In this document: piece after piece, positions 8,939-19,170 of the stretch
Layout: every line of letters starts with the position of its first letter
Numbering within the stretch: position 1 is the stretch's first letter
Assembly: GCA_964387845.1 (NCBI GenBank)
Contig: CAYLXA010000003.1
Span: 96,001 to 160,000 of the forward strand
DNA length: 64,000 nt
Origin: an uncultured bacterium
Lineage (GTDB): Bacteria; Omnitrophota; Omnitrophia; Omnitrophales; Abzuiibacteriaceae
Direction of reading: 5' to 3'
Made by a program: the position numbers and the translations under genes
Notes under the pieces: model-generated
The model's input: only the letters and a program-made list of their open reading frames with translations
Databases searched by the model: none
What the model was told of the DNA's origin: nothing

Positions 8939-10742
8939 TCCGTTTTCCGACGACCGACTTTTTCAATACGTCATTCATCACAATTTCGGCCAAATGTTCG
9001 GTAGTTTTATTTAAAATTTCGGTCGCGTCTTTGATTTTTTTCCGGTCATTGCCGGAAAGCTCTGTTTTTAAGACCTGAAGTGCATCTTCGATCTTTTTCT
9101 TTTCTTCTTTTGAAACTGCACTACCAGCCTGCACGAGTCCCTTTTCCGTCGCGCGGATAATCAAATCTGCTTCATTCTTAGCATCGATTAAAAGATGCGC
9201 GTCGAAATCTTCTTTGGCTTTCGAGTAAGATTCCTGAACGATATTCTGAATTTCCTGTTCTGTCAATCCATAGGTGGGTTTCACCTCGATCGACTGCTCC
9301 TTACCGTTTCGTTGGTCTTTTGCCTTCACCTGCAAAATTCCGTTTTCATCAATTAAAAACGTAACCTCAATGCGCGGCATACCGGCCTGCATCGGCTCAA
9401 TTCCCTTTAATTGAAACCGCGCAAGACTCCGGCAGTCCTTCGCCAGTTCGCGCTCGCCCTGAACAATGTGAATATCGACCGAAGTTTGGCCGTCTACGAA
9501 AGTTGTGAACACATCGTTGGCACGTGCCGGGATCGTTGAATTCCGCTCGATGATCCTTGCTACCGCACCGCCGTAAGTTTCGATTCCAAGACTGAGCGGG
9601 GTAACATCCAGCAGCAGCATGTCTTTCAGCTGCCCCGTTAAAATATGAGCTTGCACGGCAGCGCCCAAAGCCACAACTTCATCGGGATTCAAGTCGCAGT
9701 GCGGCTCTTTTTCGAATATTCCCTTTACGATTTCTCTGACGATCGGCATGCGCGTCGAGCCGCCGACTAAAATCACTTCATCAATGTCGCTTGCGGAAAG
9801 TTCGGCGTCTTTGAGCGCCTGCTTGCACGGCTTGACGGTCCGTTCCACAATCGGCCTGATGATGGTTTCGAATTCTTTGCGTGTGAGAAAATACTCAAAG
9901 CTCATTTCGGAATTTTTGATTTGAATCGTGGCTTTTTCTTTTATCGAAAGCTCTATTTTTGCCTTCTCGGCCGTTTCGACAATAAGTTGTGTTAACTCCG
10001 GGTTGCCGGCAGCTTTGCTTCCGATTTTTTCGATCAGCATTTGCGCAAGCTTCCAATCCACATCGTCACCGCCCAAATGCGTATCGCCTGCGGTGGCAAG
10101 GACTTCGAAAATTCCGTCATGCAGGTTTAAAATCGAAATATCAAACGTGCCACCGCCCAAATCGTAAACCGCGATTTTGCCGCGGTCTTTTTTATGAAGC
10201 CCGTAAGCAAGGCTCGCCGCGGTCGGTTCGTTAATGATCCGCATCACGTGAAACCCGGCAATTTTCCCCGCGTCTTTTGTGGCTTGCCGCTCTGAATCAT
10301 TAAAATAGGCCGGAACCGTAATGACGGCAGATTTAACGGGTGATTTGAAGAAGGTTTCTGCGCGGGTTTTCAAATTTTTAAGCACAAGCGCCGAAATTTC
10401 CGGAGGTGTTAAAAGCTGATCACCCAATTTGATTCGAATAATTTTTTCATCCGAAAGATCGACGGGATACGGAATGTATTCGGATTTCAAATCGACTTCG
10501 CGCGAGCCTTTTCCCATGAGACGTTTAACGCTCGAAATGGTTAAAGCCGGCTTCGAAACACGCTGATGTTTGGCTTCGTTACCAACCAAAATTTCGCCTT
10601 TCGCGCCGATCGAAACAACGGACGGCAGCAGGATGGTTTTCTTTGAATCCGGAATCGCTTTCGGTTTTCCGGATTCATCCACATAAGCTGCAACGCTAAA
10701 TGTTGTTCCTAAATCAATGCCGATGACTGGTTCCATAATCAA
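8922..10742 (-). CDS. hscA: Fe-S cluster assembly chaperone HscA (Hsp70 family)
   Basis: [11 protein letters not shown]-terminus and DLGGGTFD actin-like ATPase motifs of Hsp70. Located between hscB and fdx. Confidence 0.9.
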   Translation of the reverse strand: MIMEPVIGIDLGTTFSVAAYVDESGKPKAIPDSKKTILLPSVVSIGAKGEILVGNEAKHQRVSKPALTISSVKRLMGKGSREVDLKSEYIPYPVDLSDEKIIRIKLGDQLLTPPEISALVLKNLKTRAETFFKSPVKSAVITVPAYFNDSERQATKDAGKIAGFHVMRIINEPTAASLAYGLHKKDRGKIAVYDLGGGTFDISILNLHDGIFEVLATAGDTHLGGDDVDWKLAQMLIEKIGSKAAGNPELTQLIVETAEKAKIELSIKEKATIQIKNSEMSFEYFLTRKEFETIIRPIVERTVKPCKQALKDAELSASDIDEVILVGGSTRMPIVREIVKGIFEKEPHCDLNPDEVVALGAAVQAHILTGQLKDMLLLDVTPLSLGIETYGGAVARIIERNSTIPARANDVFTTFVDGQTSVDIHIVQGERELAKDCRSLARFQLKGIEPMQAGMPRIEVTFLIDENGILQVKAKDQRNGKEQSIEVKPTYGLTEQEIQNIVQESYSKAKEDFDAHLLIDAKNEADLIIRATEKGLVQAGSAVSKEEKKKIEDALQVLKTELSGNDRKKIKDATEILNKTTEHLAEIVMNDVLKKSVVGKRIDQNG

Positions 10743-11311
10743 CTTTCAAGCGCGGTTTCAACCGTTTGGCGCGCCGTTTCTAAATATTTTCGCTCGTGAA
10801 TCAATTTTTGAATTTCTAACGCAAGATTTTCATGCTTCGACCCGCCGGAGTCCCATTCGCGGAATATATCCTGAAGTCTTTCTTCAACGTTTTTGATTTT
10901 ACCCTGCACGGTTTTAAGCGACTCGTTCAGTCCTTGCTCAATCGCTTTCAATTCCTCGGCAGAAACGTTGGATTGCTTTGCTTGCTTCAAGTTATCCACA
11001 TGCTCTTGAATTTCAAACATCTCCGCCAAAAGCTCGGGGGGTGTTTTTTGATCCGTATTCTTTTTGGAAAAACCCTCAATATCCATCATATAACCCGCAC
11101 GAAGCCAAGGATCTTTGATGGTTTCGTAGGCTTTGTTAAGGACGGATGACTGTTCAAGCGCGTTTTGCTTTTCCTGCGGCGTTGCCTGCTGATGATAATC
11201 GGGGTGAAGTTTTTTGGACAGTTCGTAGAATTTTTTTTCGAGCGATTTGGTATCGACCGTTAATTTTTTAGGAAAGCCGAAAAAAGTGAAATAATCCAAA
11301 GTTTTATCCAT
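10739..11311 (-). CDS. hscB: Co-chaperone HscB (J-domain)
   Basis: J domain with HPD tripeptide (KLHPDYHQ); isc operon context. Confidence 0.8.
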   Translation of the reverse strand: MDKTLDYFTFFGFPKKLTVDTKSLEKKFYELSKKLHPDYHQQATPQEKQNALEQSSVLNKAYETIKDPWLRAGYMMDIEGFSKKNTDQKTPPELLAEMFEIQEHVDNLKQAKQSNVSAEELKAIEQGLNESLKTVQGKIKNVEERLQDIFREWDSGGSKHENLALEIQKLIHERKYLETARQTVETALES

Positions 11312-11338
11312 GCGAATATCATAGAAAATTTGGGCAGA

Positions 11339-11686
11339 TTAAACCGAAAAGGACTCGCCGCAGCCGCAGCTTTTGGAGGCGTTTGGATTGACGAATTTAA
11401 ATCCGCGGCCTTCAAGGCCGTCTACGAAATCAAGATGAGTGCCGTTCAAATATAAATAGCTCTTAGGATCGACAAACACTTTGACGCCGTTGAAATCAAA
11501 TTCGTTATCGCCCTGCTGTTTCTTATCGAATGCCATATTGTAGGACAAGCCCGAACAGCCGCCGCCCTTGACGCCGAGTCTTAAGCCTAATTCGGCGTTA
11601 TTTTGCTTTTCGAGCAGCCGTTTTACTTCTGCTTGGGCAGATTCGGTGAGAACAACACTGCCCGATGTTTTTTCTGTTTTATCCAT
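11339..11686 (-). CDS. iscA: Iron-sulfur cluster insertion protein IscA (HesB/A-type carrier)
   Basis: C-terminal CGCGESF motif. Start taken at the internal Met (MDKTEK), which overlaps the iscU stop by 8 nt. Confidence 0.8.
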   Translation of the reverse strand: MDKTEKTSGSVVLTESAQAEVKRLLEKQNNAELGLRLGVKGGGCSGLSYNMAFDKKQQGDNEFDFNGVKVFVDPKSYLYLNGTHLDFVDGLEGRGFKFVNPNASKSCGCGESFSV

Positions 11687-12089
11687 GAGACACCTTACTT
11701 TCCGCCTGCAAATCTGATTTCTTTTTATAGTCTGAAATGGCTGCTTTGATCGCATCTTCGGCCAAAACCGAACAATGGATCTTAATCGGAGGAAGCGACA
11801 ATTCCTTCACGATATCCGTATTCTTAATCTTGAGCGCATCCTCTACGGTTTTGCCCTTGATCCATTCCGTTGCAAGACTTGATGATGCGATCGCGGAACC
11901 GCAGCCGAACGTTTTGAACTTCGCATCTTCTATAATTCCCTTTTCGTTGACGCGGATCTGCAGTTTCATCACGTCACCGCACTCCGGAGCGCCAACCACA
12001 CCAGTGCCGACATCCTTCGACGTTTTTTCGAAACTCCCGACATTTCGCGGGTTATTGTAGTGATCTAAAACTTTGTCTGAATAAGCCAT
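11679..12089 (-). CDS. iscU: Fe-S cluster scaffold IscU
   Basis: MAYSDKVLDHYNNPRNVGSF..., GAPECGDVMKLQI and GCGSAIASSS are the canonical IscU/NifU motifs. Confidence 0.9.
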   Translation of the reverse strand: MAYSDKVLDHYNNPRNVGSFEKTSKDVGTGVVGAPECGDVMKLQIRVNEKGIIEDAKFKTFGCGSAIASSSLATEWIKGKTVEDALKIKNTDIVKELSLPPIKIHCSVLAEDAIKAAISDYKKKSDLQAESKVSHG

Positions 12090-12100
12090 TTTATTCTCCC

Positions 12101-13327
12101 TTAATGCGACCCGGTCCACTGGACCGATTTAATGTCTACGCCTTCTTTAAACATTTCATACAGCGGTGATAATTCGCGAAGCCGCGAAACCACTTTCACC
12201 ACTTTTTCAATCGTATAATCGACTTCTTCCTGAGTATTAAACCGGCCCAAGCCGAAACGAATCGATGTGTGCGCCAAATCTTCGCCGACACCGAGCGCTT
12301 TCAATACATAAGAAGGCTCGAGACTTGCTGATGTGCAAGCAGAGCCCGATGAAACCGCGATTTCTTCGTTGATGCCCATCAAGAGCGATTCGCCTTCCAC
12401 AAATGCGAAACTGATATTCAGATTTCCGGGAAGCCTTTTCTCTAAACTTCCGTTTAAATAAACTTCTTCCAACTTTGCGTTGATTCCGTTCCGCAAACGC
12501 TCACGCAATTCGAGTAATCTCTTCGATTCTTGCGGCATATCCTGAACCGCAATTTCGATCGCTTTTCCGAATCCGACAATTCCGGGAACATTCAAAGTGC
12601 CTGAGCGCATGCCTCGCTCATGGCCACCGCCGTGAATAATGGGCGACAATCTCACGCGCGGGTTCTTCTTTCTGACGTAAAGCGCCGCGATGCCTTTTGG
12701 GCCGTACATTTTATGCGCCGATACCGACAATAAATCAACGCCCATCGCTTGAACATCCACCGGGATTTTCCCGACGGCTTGCACGGCATCACAGTGAAAC
12801 AGAATTCCTTTTTCCTTCGCGATTTTCCCGATTTCTGCGACCGGCTGCACAACGCCGATTTCATTATTAGCATGCATAATCGAAATCAAAATTGTCTTGT
12901 CGGTAATCGCCGCTTTTAATTCATCCAACCGAATCAAACCGTCTTTTCCGACCGGCAAATAAGTAACCTGAATGCCTTGGCTTTCCAAATATTTACAGGT
13001 ATCAAGAACGCATTTATGTTCGATCACGCTCGTAATAATATGATTGCCGCGCTCCTTGTACATATCCGCGACACCCTTGATTGCAAGGTTGTTGGATTCT
13101 GTAGCGCCGCTCGTGAAAATAATTTCTTTCGCATCGATCGCGTTAATTGTTTTTGCGATTTTCTCGCGCGCAGCTTCAACAGCAGCCTCAGCGTGCCAGC
13201 CGAACGGATGATTGCGGCTTGCCGCATTTCCGAATTCATTTTTCAAATATGGGAGCATGGCTTCGAGCACACGCGGATCGACCGGCGTTGTTGCTTGATT
13301 GTCCATATAAATCGGTAATTTCACCAT
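12101..13327 (-). CDS. iscS: Cysteine desulfurase IscS
   Basis: [21 protein letters not shown]-terminus, PLP-lysine region [12 protein letters not shown], and SSGSACTS catalytic-cysteine loop. Confidence 0.9.
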   Translation of the reverse strand: MVKLPIYMDNQATTPVDPRVLEAMLPYLKNEFGNAASRNHPFGWHAEAAVEAAREKIAKTINAIDAKEIIFTSGATESNNLAIKGVADMYKERGNHIITSVIEHKCVLDTCKYLESQGIQVTYLPVGKDGLIRLDELKAAITDKTILISIMHANNEIGVVQPVAEIGKIAKEKGILFHCDAVQAVGKIPVDVQAMGVDLLSVSAHKMYGPKGIAALYVRKKNPRVRLSPIIHGGGHERGMRSGTLNVPGIVGFGKAIEIAVQDMPQESKRLLELRERLRNGINAKLEEVYLNGSLEKRLPGNLNISFAFVEGESLLMGINEEIAVSSGSACTSASLEPSYVLKALGVGEDLAHTSIRFGLGRFNTQEEVDYTIEKVVKVVSRLRELSPLYEMFKEGVDIKSVQWTGSH

Positions 13328-13329
13328 GT

Positions 13330-13851
13330 TTACCCCTTCAAAGATTTTTTGGCCGATTTCACTGCGGTTTTGCTGCGGCCGTTATTTTCAACATCCAATA
13401 AATTAAAAGTTGATAAATTCCATTGCTTTTGCAAGTCATCCTCACCTTCGGCGAGCGACGCGAGCGTTACGCTGCTGCAAAAATCATCGATCAATTGCTT
13501 CAGCTTCCGCCAAAACGGCCGGACGCTACAGCTTGAGAAATGCTGGCAAACAATCCGTTCGCGAAGCCTCGGCGAACAAAACACTTCAAATATGTCGCCT
13601 TCTACCGATTCAATAACTTGCTTCAATGTGATTTGTTCGGGTTCTTTTGCAAGCACAAACCCGCCGTAAATTCCCTTAACACTTTTGATAATGCCGCCCT
13701 TGCGGAGCTTCACGAAAATCTGTTCTACATAATCCTTGGGCAGATGTTCGGCATCGGACACTTCCGAAACCGAAATCGGGTTGCCGTTTGCATGATCGCA
13801 AAGGTACTTTAAACTGACTAATGCGTATTCGCTTTTGGTGGTTAGCTTCAT
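13330..13851 (-). CDS. iscR: Rrf2-family transcriptional regulator IscR
   Basis: [17 protein letters not shown] winged-helix N-terminus; three clustered Cys ([17 protein letters not shown]). It is the first gene of the isc operon. Start taken at the internal Met. Confidence 0.75.
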   Translation of the reverse strand: MKLTTKSEYALVSLKYLCDHANGNPISVSEVSDAEHLPKDYVEQIFVKLRKGGIIKSVKGIYGGFVLAKEPEQITLKQVIESVEGDIFEVFCSPRLRERIVCQHFSSCSVRPFWRKLKQLIDDFCSSVTLASLAEGEDDLQKQWNLSTFNLLDVENNGRSKTAVKSAKKSLKG

Positions 13852-13981
13852 AGATTTATCCTTAAACCCGCAAAACCCACTAAAATTGTACAATATATGA
13901 CTGTTTTAATCAAGATTTATTAAAAAAGTCTCAAAATTTATCTTAAGTTGTTTAATTATAATAATTTATAACTATTACGAA

Positions 13982-14551
13982 TTATTCTAAAGCAGCTTCG
14001 ATTTGACGTTTTACAGAGAGAAAATCAGGATCCGAAATTTTCGCTGCCGGCTCGCGGACTTCTAAAAAACGGTCCAATTCTACCCATGATTTACAGCCGG
14101 CATACTGAGAAGTCATTGAAATAATGTGCGGGTACAAAAGCTCAAAAGTACGGACCAAAATCAGATAAATTCCCTTCTCTTTTCCATAATGAAAACGCTT
14201 TTCAATCTCCCGGTCAGACCAAATGTGAAACGGTGAAATGTGCGGAATTCGTTTTTCGTCCGAAACGCGGAATATTTTTTCAACTTTCACATAATACCGA
14301 AGCGCTGCCTGATCAGGCTCTCCTCGATTTTGGATTACCTGCTTCAAATCTTCATGAAATGCGGATTTCAAATCAGCCGGCTCCTGATGTTCATAAGTGG
14401 GAAACAGGAAAAACTCTTCGTGTTCTACGCGAAATTCTCTATTTTTTTCCTGAATGCCGCCCTTGCGCAAAATAATGCTTTGCTTGCCCTGTGCCAGCGC
14501 GTTGATCACAACGGCCCATTCTTTGAATGCGTTTTTGTTTTCGGCAAGCAT
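13982..14551 (-). CDS. Hypothetical protein (conserved DUF-like, about 189 aa)
   Basis: Clean ORF with no recognisable motif. Confidence 0.4.
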   Translation of the reverse strand: MLAENKNAFKEWAVVINALAQGKQSIILRKGGIQEKNREFRVEHEEFFLFPTYEHQEPADLKSAFHEDLKQVIQNRGEPDQAALRYYVKVEKIFRVSDEKRIPHISPFHIWSDREIEKRFHYGKEKGIYLILVRTFELLYPHIISMTSQYAGCKSWVELDRFLEVREPAAKISDPDFLSVKRQIEAALE

Positions 14552-14555
14552 TGAT

Positions 14556-14918
14556 TTACTTCAAATATTTTTTAATGATTTTCGGAAGAGTTTTTGAAAA
14601 TGCGGATTTGGGAAGCACGGAATCACAGCCTGCGGATTCGGCACGGGCTTTTTCAGCTTCCATGACATGCGGAATAAATGCCACGATCGGAAAACTCGGG
14701 TCGCGGTCTTTGATGTCGCCGATGTGTTTATAAATCCACTCGGAATCGGTCCCCGACAAATCCAAAATCAAAAGGAAAGGTTTAAAATTACGGACAATCT
14801 GCGCCAAATGCTCGCCGCGCGTCACAAACTCGCACCGTGCACCTTCGGCTTTGGCGGCCAGTTCGATTTGGGATTGAAAAAAAAGATCATTGACTGCAAC
14901 CAGAACCAAATCATCCAT
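14556..14918 (-). CDS. Stand-alone CheY-like receiver domain protein
   Basis: About 120 aa with a (beta-alpha)5 receiver pattern and the phospho-acceptor Asp in LLILDLSG. Confidence 0.5.
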   Translation of the reverse strand: MDDLVLVAVNDLFFQSQIELAAKAEGARCEFVTRGEHLAQIVRNFKPFLLILDLSGTDSEWIYKHIGDIKDRDPSFPIVAFIPHVMEAEKARAESAGCDSVLPKSAFSKTLPKIIKKYLK

Positions 14919-14936
14919 CTCGGCACCCGATAAGCG

Positions 14937-15566
14937 TCAAAACAAACTGGTAGGAAATGCGGTTTCTTTCTTGGCCGTTTCAGCTTCCGACCAATTCACG
15001 GGAACTTCATACTTTTGCCAATCGCGCGTCGAAATAAAGTACACTTTGTTTTTCTTTTTCCCGTACTCGTACAAATCTTTTGTGATCCGGACGTCATCCA
15101 GGCAATATTTTTTGAGCAGATCCATCTGACCTCGCTTGTACATTTCAACCGCATCAATACCTTGCCCGCTTTTGCTGATTTCGAGGCTCGCTTGCGCCAA
15201 ACTCTGAAGACTGACGCGATGGCCCCGGACCCGCTCGATCTCATCCAGCAAATCCAAGACCGGAATAGAGTCGGCTTGTGTAAACAGATAAGGCTGCAGG
15301 ACAGGCAAATCAAACCGACGGATATTAAACCCGATAAGAAGGTCGCAAGATTTTAGCCGTTCTTCCAATTGATGAATTTCCCGCTCTTCGTAGCAGACAT
15401 ATTCATCCGTCAGATAATCGTAAGTGCCCACTACCGACACTTTGAGCTTATGAAGATTTTGCCTTCCGACTTCGTCGAAGGTTTTTTGGGTTTCCAGATC
15501 GAGAACTAAAATATTAGGGCGATGTTTAGACATGAATAACGGATAGTGTTGCAAAAAAAATCTCAA
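14937..15566 (-). CDS. RNase H-fold DEDDy-type 3'-5' exonuclease-like protein
   Basis: ILVLDLETQ (Exo I), GFNIRRFDLPVL (Exo II) and YCLDDV (Exo III, Y-x3-D) motifs. Confidence 0.5.
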   Translation of the reverse strand: MRFFLQHYPLFMSKHRPNILVLDLETQKTFDEVGRQNLHKLKVSVVGTYDYLTDEYVCYEEREIHQLEERLKSCDLLIGFNIRRFDLPVLQPYLFTQADSIPVLDLLDEIERVRGHRVSLQSLAQASLEISKSGQGIDAVEMYKRGQMDLLKKYCLDDVRITKDLYEYGKKKNKVYFISTRDWQKYEVPVNWSEAETAKKETAFPTSLF

Positions 15567-15683
15567 AACTCAAGTATAAATTCGGGAAATTACGGCGATT
15601 GACAAAAAAGCTTTGCTTCATTATATTATCCGCTCGTATATCTTCTTATTGCGAGCGGTTGTCTCCATGAAATGCGTGATTTG

Positions 15684-15800
15684 GAGGCATCTTCGCCCAA
15701 AAGGCGGAGAAATTGAGGGACAGGCCCTATGAAACCGCGGCAACCAATTCGCTCAAAAGCAGGCGAATCCGGTGCCAACTCCTGAGAGCTGATGATTACT
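15684..15800 (+). ncRNA. SAM-I (S-box) riboswitch aptamer
   Basis: GAGGGACAGGCCCTATGAAACCGCGGCAACC ... GGTGCCAACTCCTG matches the S-box core (GAGGGAnnGGCCCnaUGAAnCCnGGCAACC ... GGUGCnAAnUCCUG). The P1 strands CATC/GATG close the aptamer. Confidence 0.8.
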
Positions 15801-15841
15801 AGAAGCCCGGCTCTAAAATAAGGGGAGGAAAAGTTTTGATT

Positions 15842-15880
15842 AAACCTCTTCTTGAATGCTCAAGAAAGAGGTTTTTTTAT
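15842..15880 (+). terminator. Intrinsic terminator (riboswitch expression platform)
   Basis: CCTCTTCTTG-aatgct-CAAGAAAGAGG hairpin followed by TTTTTTTATTTTT, immediately before the ThrC-like start codon. Confidence 0.65.
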
Positions 15881-15898
15881 TTTTAGGGGGTTTTACAA

Positions 15899-17128
15899 AT
15901 GAGTTTTGTCAGAGGCCTTAAGTGCCGCGAATGCGGAAAAATTTACCCGAAGCAGGCGCTCTATGTTTGCGAATTTTGCTTTGGTTCTTTGGAAGTTGAC
16001 TACGATTACGACGCGATTAAAAAAGCCGTCACACGTGAAAAAATCGAAAAAGGCCCCAGGAGCCTTTGGCGCTACAAAGCGCTTCTTCCCATAGACAACG
16101 AACCGACGGTCGGATTTCATTCGGGATTTACGCCGCTCGTGAAAGCCAACCAACTTGCCAAAACTTTGGGTGTTTCCGAGCTGTATATTAAAGACGATAC
16201 CGTTTGCCATCCGACATTTTCATTCAAAGACCGCGTCGTATCCGTTGCGCTCTCGAAAGCCCGCGAGCTCGGTTTCGATACGGTTTCCTGCGCTTCGACC
16301 GGAAACTTGGCGAACTCGGTTGCGGCCCACGCCGCCGCCGCAGGATTGAAGCGCTACATCTTTATCCCTCACGATTTGGAATACGCCAAAGTGCTCGGCA
16401 GTTTGATTTATCAGCCCAATTTAATTGCCGTGAAAGGCAATTATGACGACGTGAACCGGCTTTGTTCTGAAATCGCAGGCAAATACAAATGGGCTTTTGT
16501 GAACGTCAATATTCGCCCTTACTACGCGGAAGGTTCCAAAACTTTCGGATATGAAATAGCCGAACAGCTCGGCTGGAAAACGCCGAAGCATTTAGTCTGC
16601 CCGGCCGCAAGCGGTTCGCTGCTCACCAAAATCTGGAAAGCGTTTAAAGAATTTCACAAACTGGGATTCATCGAAAAACCGGAAACGAAGCTTTATTGCG
16701 CGCAGCCCGAAGGCTGTTCGCCGATTTCGGCTGCGATTAAAAATAAATCGGATGCGATCAAGCCTGTCAAGCCGAACACGATCGCCAAGTCGCTTGCGAT
16801 CGGAAATCCGGCGGATGGTTATTATGCCAAAGATGCCGTTTTGGAATCAGGCGGCGCTTCGATGATCGCCACAGACGATGAAATCCGGGAAGCGATTAAA
16901 CTGCTGGCGCAAACCGAAGGCATTTTCACGGAAACCGCGGGCGGCGTTACGGTTGCGTGCGCGAAAAAATTGATCGAACAGGGCGTCATTCCAAAAAATG
17001 AATCCATTGTGATTTCAATCACCGGAAACGGGCTCAAAACACAAGGCGCCATCCGGGATTCTGTCGGAGAGCCATCAATGATCGAGCCGAACTTAAAATC
17101 ATTTGAATCGATTCTGAACAAAAAATAA
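15899..17128 (+). CDS. Threonine synthase-family PLP enzyme with N-terminal Zn-ribbon; candidate MetM-type O-phosphohomoserine-dependent homocysteine synthase
   Basis: FSFKDR PLP-lysine motif and fold-type II PLP layout. CxxC...CxxC sits at the N-terminus. It follows an S-box riboswitch and precedes a ThiS/MoaD-like gene. Confidence 0.75.
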   Translation: MSFVRGLKCRECGKIYPKQALYVCEFCFGSLEVDYDYDAIKKAVTREKIEKGPRSLWRYKALLPIDNEPTVGFHSGFTPLVKANQLAKTLGVSELYIKDDTVCHPTFSFKDRVVSVALSKARELGFDTVSCASTGNLANSVAAHAAAAGLKRYIFIPHDLEYAKVLGSLIYQPNLIAVKGNYDDVNRLCSEIAGKYKWAFVNVNIRPYYAEGSKTFGYEIAEQLGWKTPKHLVCPAASGSLLTKIWKAFKEFHKLGFIEKPETKLYCAQPEGCSPISAAIKNKSDAIKPVKPNTIAKSLAIGNPADGYYAKDAVLESGGASMIATDDEIREAIKLLAQTEGIFTETAGGVTVACAKKLIEQGVIPKNESIVISITGNGLKTQGAIRDSVGEPSMIEPNLKSFESILNKK

Positions 17129-17165
17129 CGTATACTATCCAGACTTCACAAGGAGACAATAAATC

Positions 17166-17447
17166 ATGGCTGTCAAAGTAAGAATCCCGACACCTTTGCA
17201 AAAACTCACCAAAGATCAAGAAGAAGTAGAGTTAAAAGCAGCTTCTATTAAAGAAATGATTAACAGCCTTGAAAAACAATTCCCCGGAATCAAAGACCGG
17301 CTTTGTGATGAATCCGGCAACATCCGCCGCTTCGTCAACATTTTCCTCAACGAAGAAGACATTCGCTTCTTGAATAAAGAAGAAACTGTTTTGAAAGACG
17401 GCGATGAAGTTTCGATTGTCCCCGCAATTGCCGGAGGCGCAAGGTAA
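17166..17447 (+). CDS. MoaD/ThiS-family sulfur-carrier protein; candidate MetO-type
   Basis: 93 aa beta-grasp-like protein ending AIAGG-AR, i.e. a Gly-Gly near the C-terminus. Its stop overlaps the bioB start (TAATG). Confidence 0.6.
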   Translation: MAVKVRIPTPLQKLTKDQEEVELKAASIKEMINSLEKQFPGIKDRLCDESGNIRRFVNIFLNEEDIRFLNKEETVLKDGDEVSIVPAIAGGAR

Positions 17448-18430
17448 TGACGGTCACCACAAGCTTGATCGGTGACTTACGGGACCGCGTGCTGTTGGGC
17501 GGTGAAATTACGCGCGAAGAAGCGTGTTCATTAATTGAAATTCAGGATGAACAGCTTTTAAACGAACTCGTCAACGCCGCTCACGAAATTACGGTTTTCT
17601 TCAATTCCGAGCAGGCTCACCTTTGCTCGCTCATCAACGCAAAAAGCTATCTTTGCAGTGAAGACTGCGGATTTTGTTCCCAATCGACTCATTTTAAAAC
17701 CGAAGCCTCGCGCTACGAATTGCTCTCGGCAGATGAGATCGTCAAATCCGCGAAAAATGTAGAAGCACAAGGGATCGAAAATTTCTGTATCGTGACAAGC
17801 GGCGGTTCTTTAAATGAAAAGGAGTTTGAGCATATCATCGAAGCGGTTAAACGCTTGAAAGCCGAAACCAAACTCAACATTGACGGCTCGCTTGGTTTTC
17901 TGACGCCTGAACGCGTCGAAAAATTGAAAGAAGCCGGTATGCGGCGCTTCAACGATAATTTACAGTCCTCACGCGAATTTTATAACAAGATCGTTTCCAC
18001 ACATTCCTATGATAAACGTCTTGAGACCTTGGATTTCCTGCGCCAGGGTGATATGGATTTGTGTTCGGGCGGTATTTTCGGCATGGGCGAAACACGCGAA
18101 GACCGCGTGAATATGGCATTTGAACTAAAACGTTTTACGCCCGAATGCGTTCCGGTTAATATTTTAAATCCCCGGCCCGGGACACCGCTTGAGAATGCGC
18201 CCAAAATTGACCCGATGGAAGTTGTCAAAGCCATCGCGGTTTACCGCTTCATCCTTCCTAAATCCAATATTAAACTCGCCGGCGGCCGCGAAATTAATTT
18301 GGGTGAATTTCAAAAACTTGCTTTAAAAGCCGGTGCCAATGGCCTTGTCTCGGGCGGTTACCTCACAACAGGCGGAAACTCCTTCGACACCGACAAGGCC
18401 ATGCTCAAAGAAGCCGGTTACGACGTTTAG
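17447..18430 (+). CDS. bioB: Biotin synthase (radical SAM)
   Basis: CSEDCGFCSQ (Cx3Cx2C). FNDNLQSS matches the BioB YNHNLDTS motif, CSGGIFGMGET matches BioB CSGGIVGLGET, and KLAGGRE matches BioB RLSAGRE. Confidence 0.8.
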   Translation: MTVTTSLIGDLRDRVLLGGEITREEACSLIEIQDEQLLNELVNAAHEITVFFNSEQAHLCSLINAKSYLCSEDCGFCSQSTHFKTEASRYELLSADEIVKSAKNVEAQGIENFCIVTSGGSLNEKEFEHIIEAVKRLKAETKLNIDGSLGFLTPERVEKLKEAGMRRFNDNLQSSREFYNKIVSTHSYDKRLETLDFLRQGDMDLCSGGIFGMGETREDRVNMAFELKRFTPECVPVNILNPRPGTPLENAPKIDPMEVVKAIAVYRFILPKSNIKLAGGREINLGEFQKLALKAGANGLVSGGYLTTGGNSFDTDKAMLKEAGYDV

Positions 18431-18441
18431 CTTTCCTTTCG

Positions 18442-19170
18442 ATGGAAGTTTCTCTCGCTGGAAAAACCATTTTAATCACCGGCGGAACAAGCGCGCTGGG
18501 ATCCGAATTCGTTAAACGAGCGCTCAAAGAAAATGCCAAAATTTTCTTCACCTACTACACGAATGAAACCAAAGCCCGCGAACTTTCGGATTTGGGCGCA
18601 ATTGGTTTTAAAATCGACCTGTCAAAAATTGCTGAAATCAAATCTCTGGCTGCACAACTAAAAGCCCATACAAACGCGCTTGATGGCTTAATCAACAATG
18701 CTGCGTCCGTTAAAGACAGGACGGTTCAAAATATGTCGGATGAAGAATGGGATGAAGTGTTAAACACCGATCTAAAAGCAGCTGCTTTTATGGTCAAAGA
18801 AATGCTCCGATTTTTATTTAAAAAGAAACCGAGCAAAATTTTAAATGTGATCAGCCGCGTCGGTGTTCAAGGCGCTTTCGGCCAGGCCAATTACGCGGCG
18901 GCAAAAGGCGGACTGATTTTGCTCACGAAAAGCCTGGCCAAAGAACTCGGGAAAAAGAAAATTCTGATCAATGCTCTCAATCCCGGATTCATGAAATCCA
19001 AAATGACAGACGTGCTGCCTGCTGAGGTTATTGAGCGCAACCGACATGAAAGCGTCTTGGATGAAATCTCGAATCCTGAAGAAGCCGCGGATTTTATGAT
19101 TTATTTAATGTCGGACAAAATGACGCTTGTGAGCGGCCAAATTTTTAACATCGAGTCGAGATTGCGATGA
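18442..19170 (+). CDS. SDR-family oxidoreductase, FabG-like 3-oxoacyl reductase
   Basis: TGGTSALG Rossmann motif and a YAAAKGG (YxxxK) catalytic motif. Confidence 0.75.
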   Translation: MEVSLAGKTILITGGTSALGSEFVKRALKENAKIFFTYYTNETKARELSDLGAIGFKIDLSKIAEIKSLAAQLKAHTNALDGLINNAASVKDRTVQNMSDEEWDEVLNTDLKAAAFMVKEMLRFLFKKKPSKILNVISRVGVQGAFGQANYAAAKGGLILLTKSLAKELGKKKILINALNPGFMKSKMTDVLPAEVIERNRHESVLDEISNPEEAADFMIYLMSDKMTLVSGQIFNIESRLR

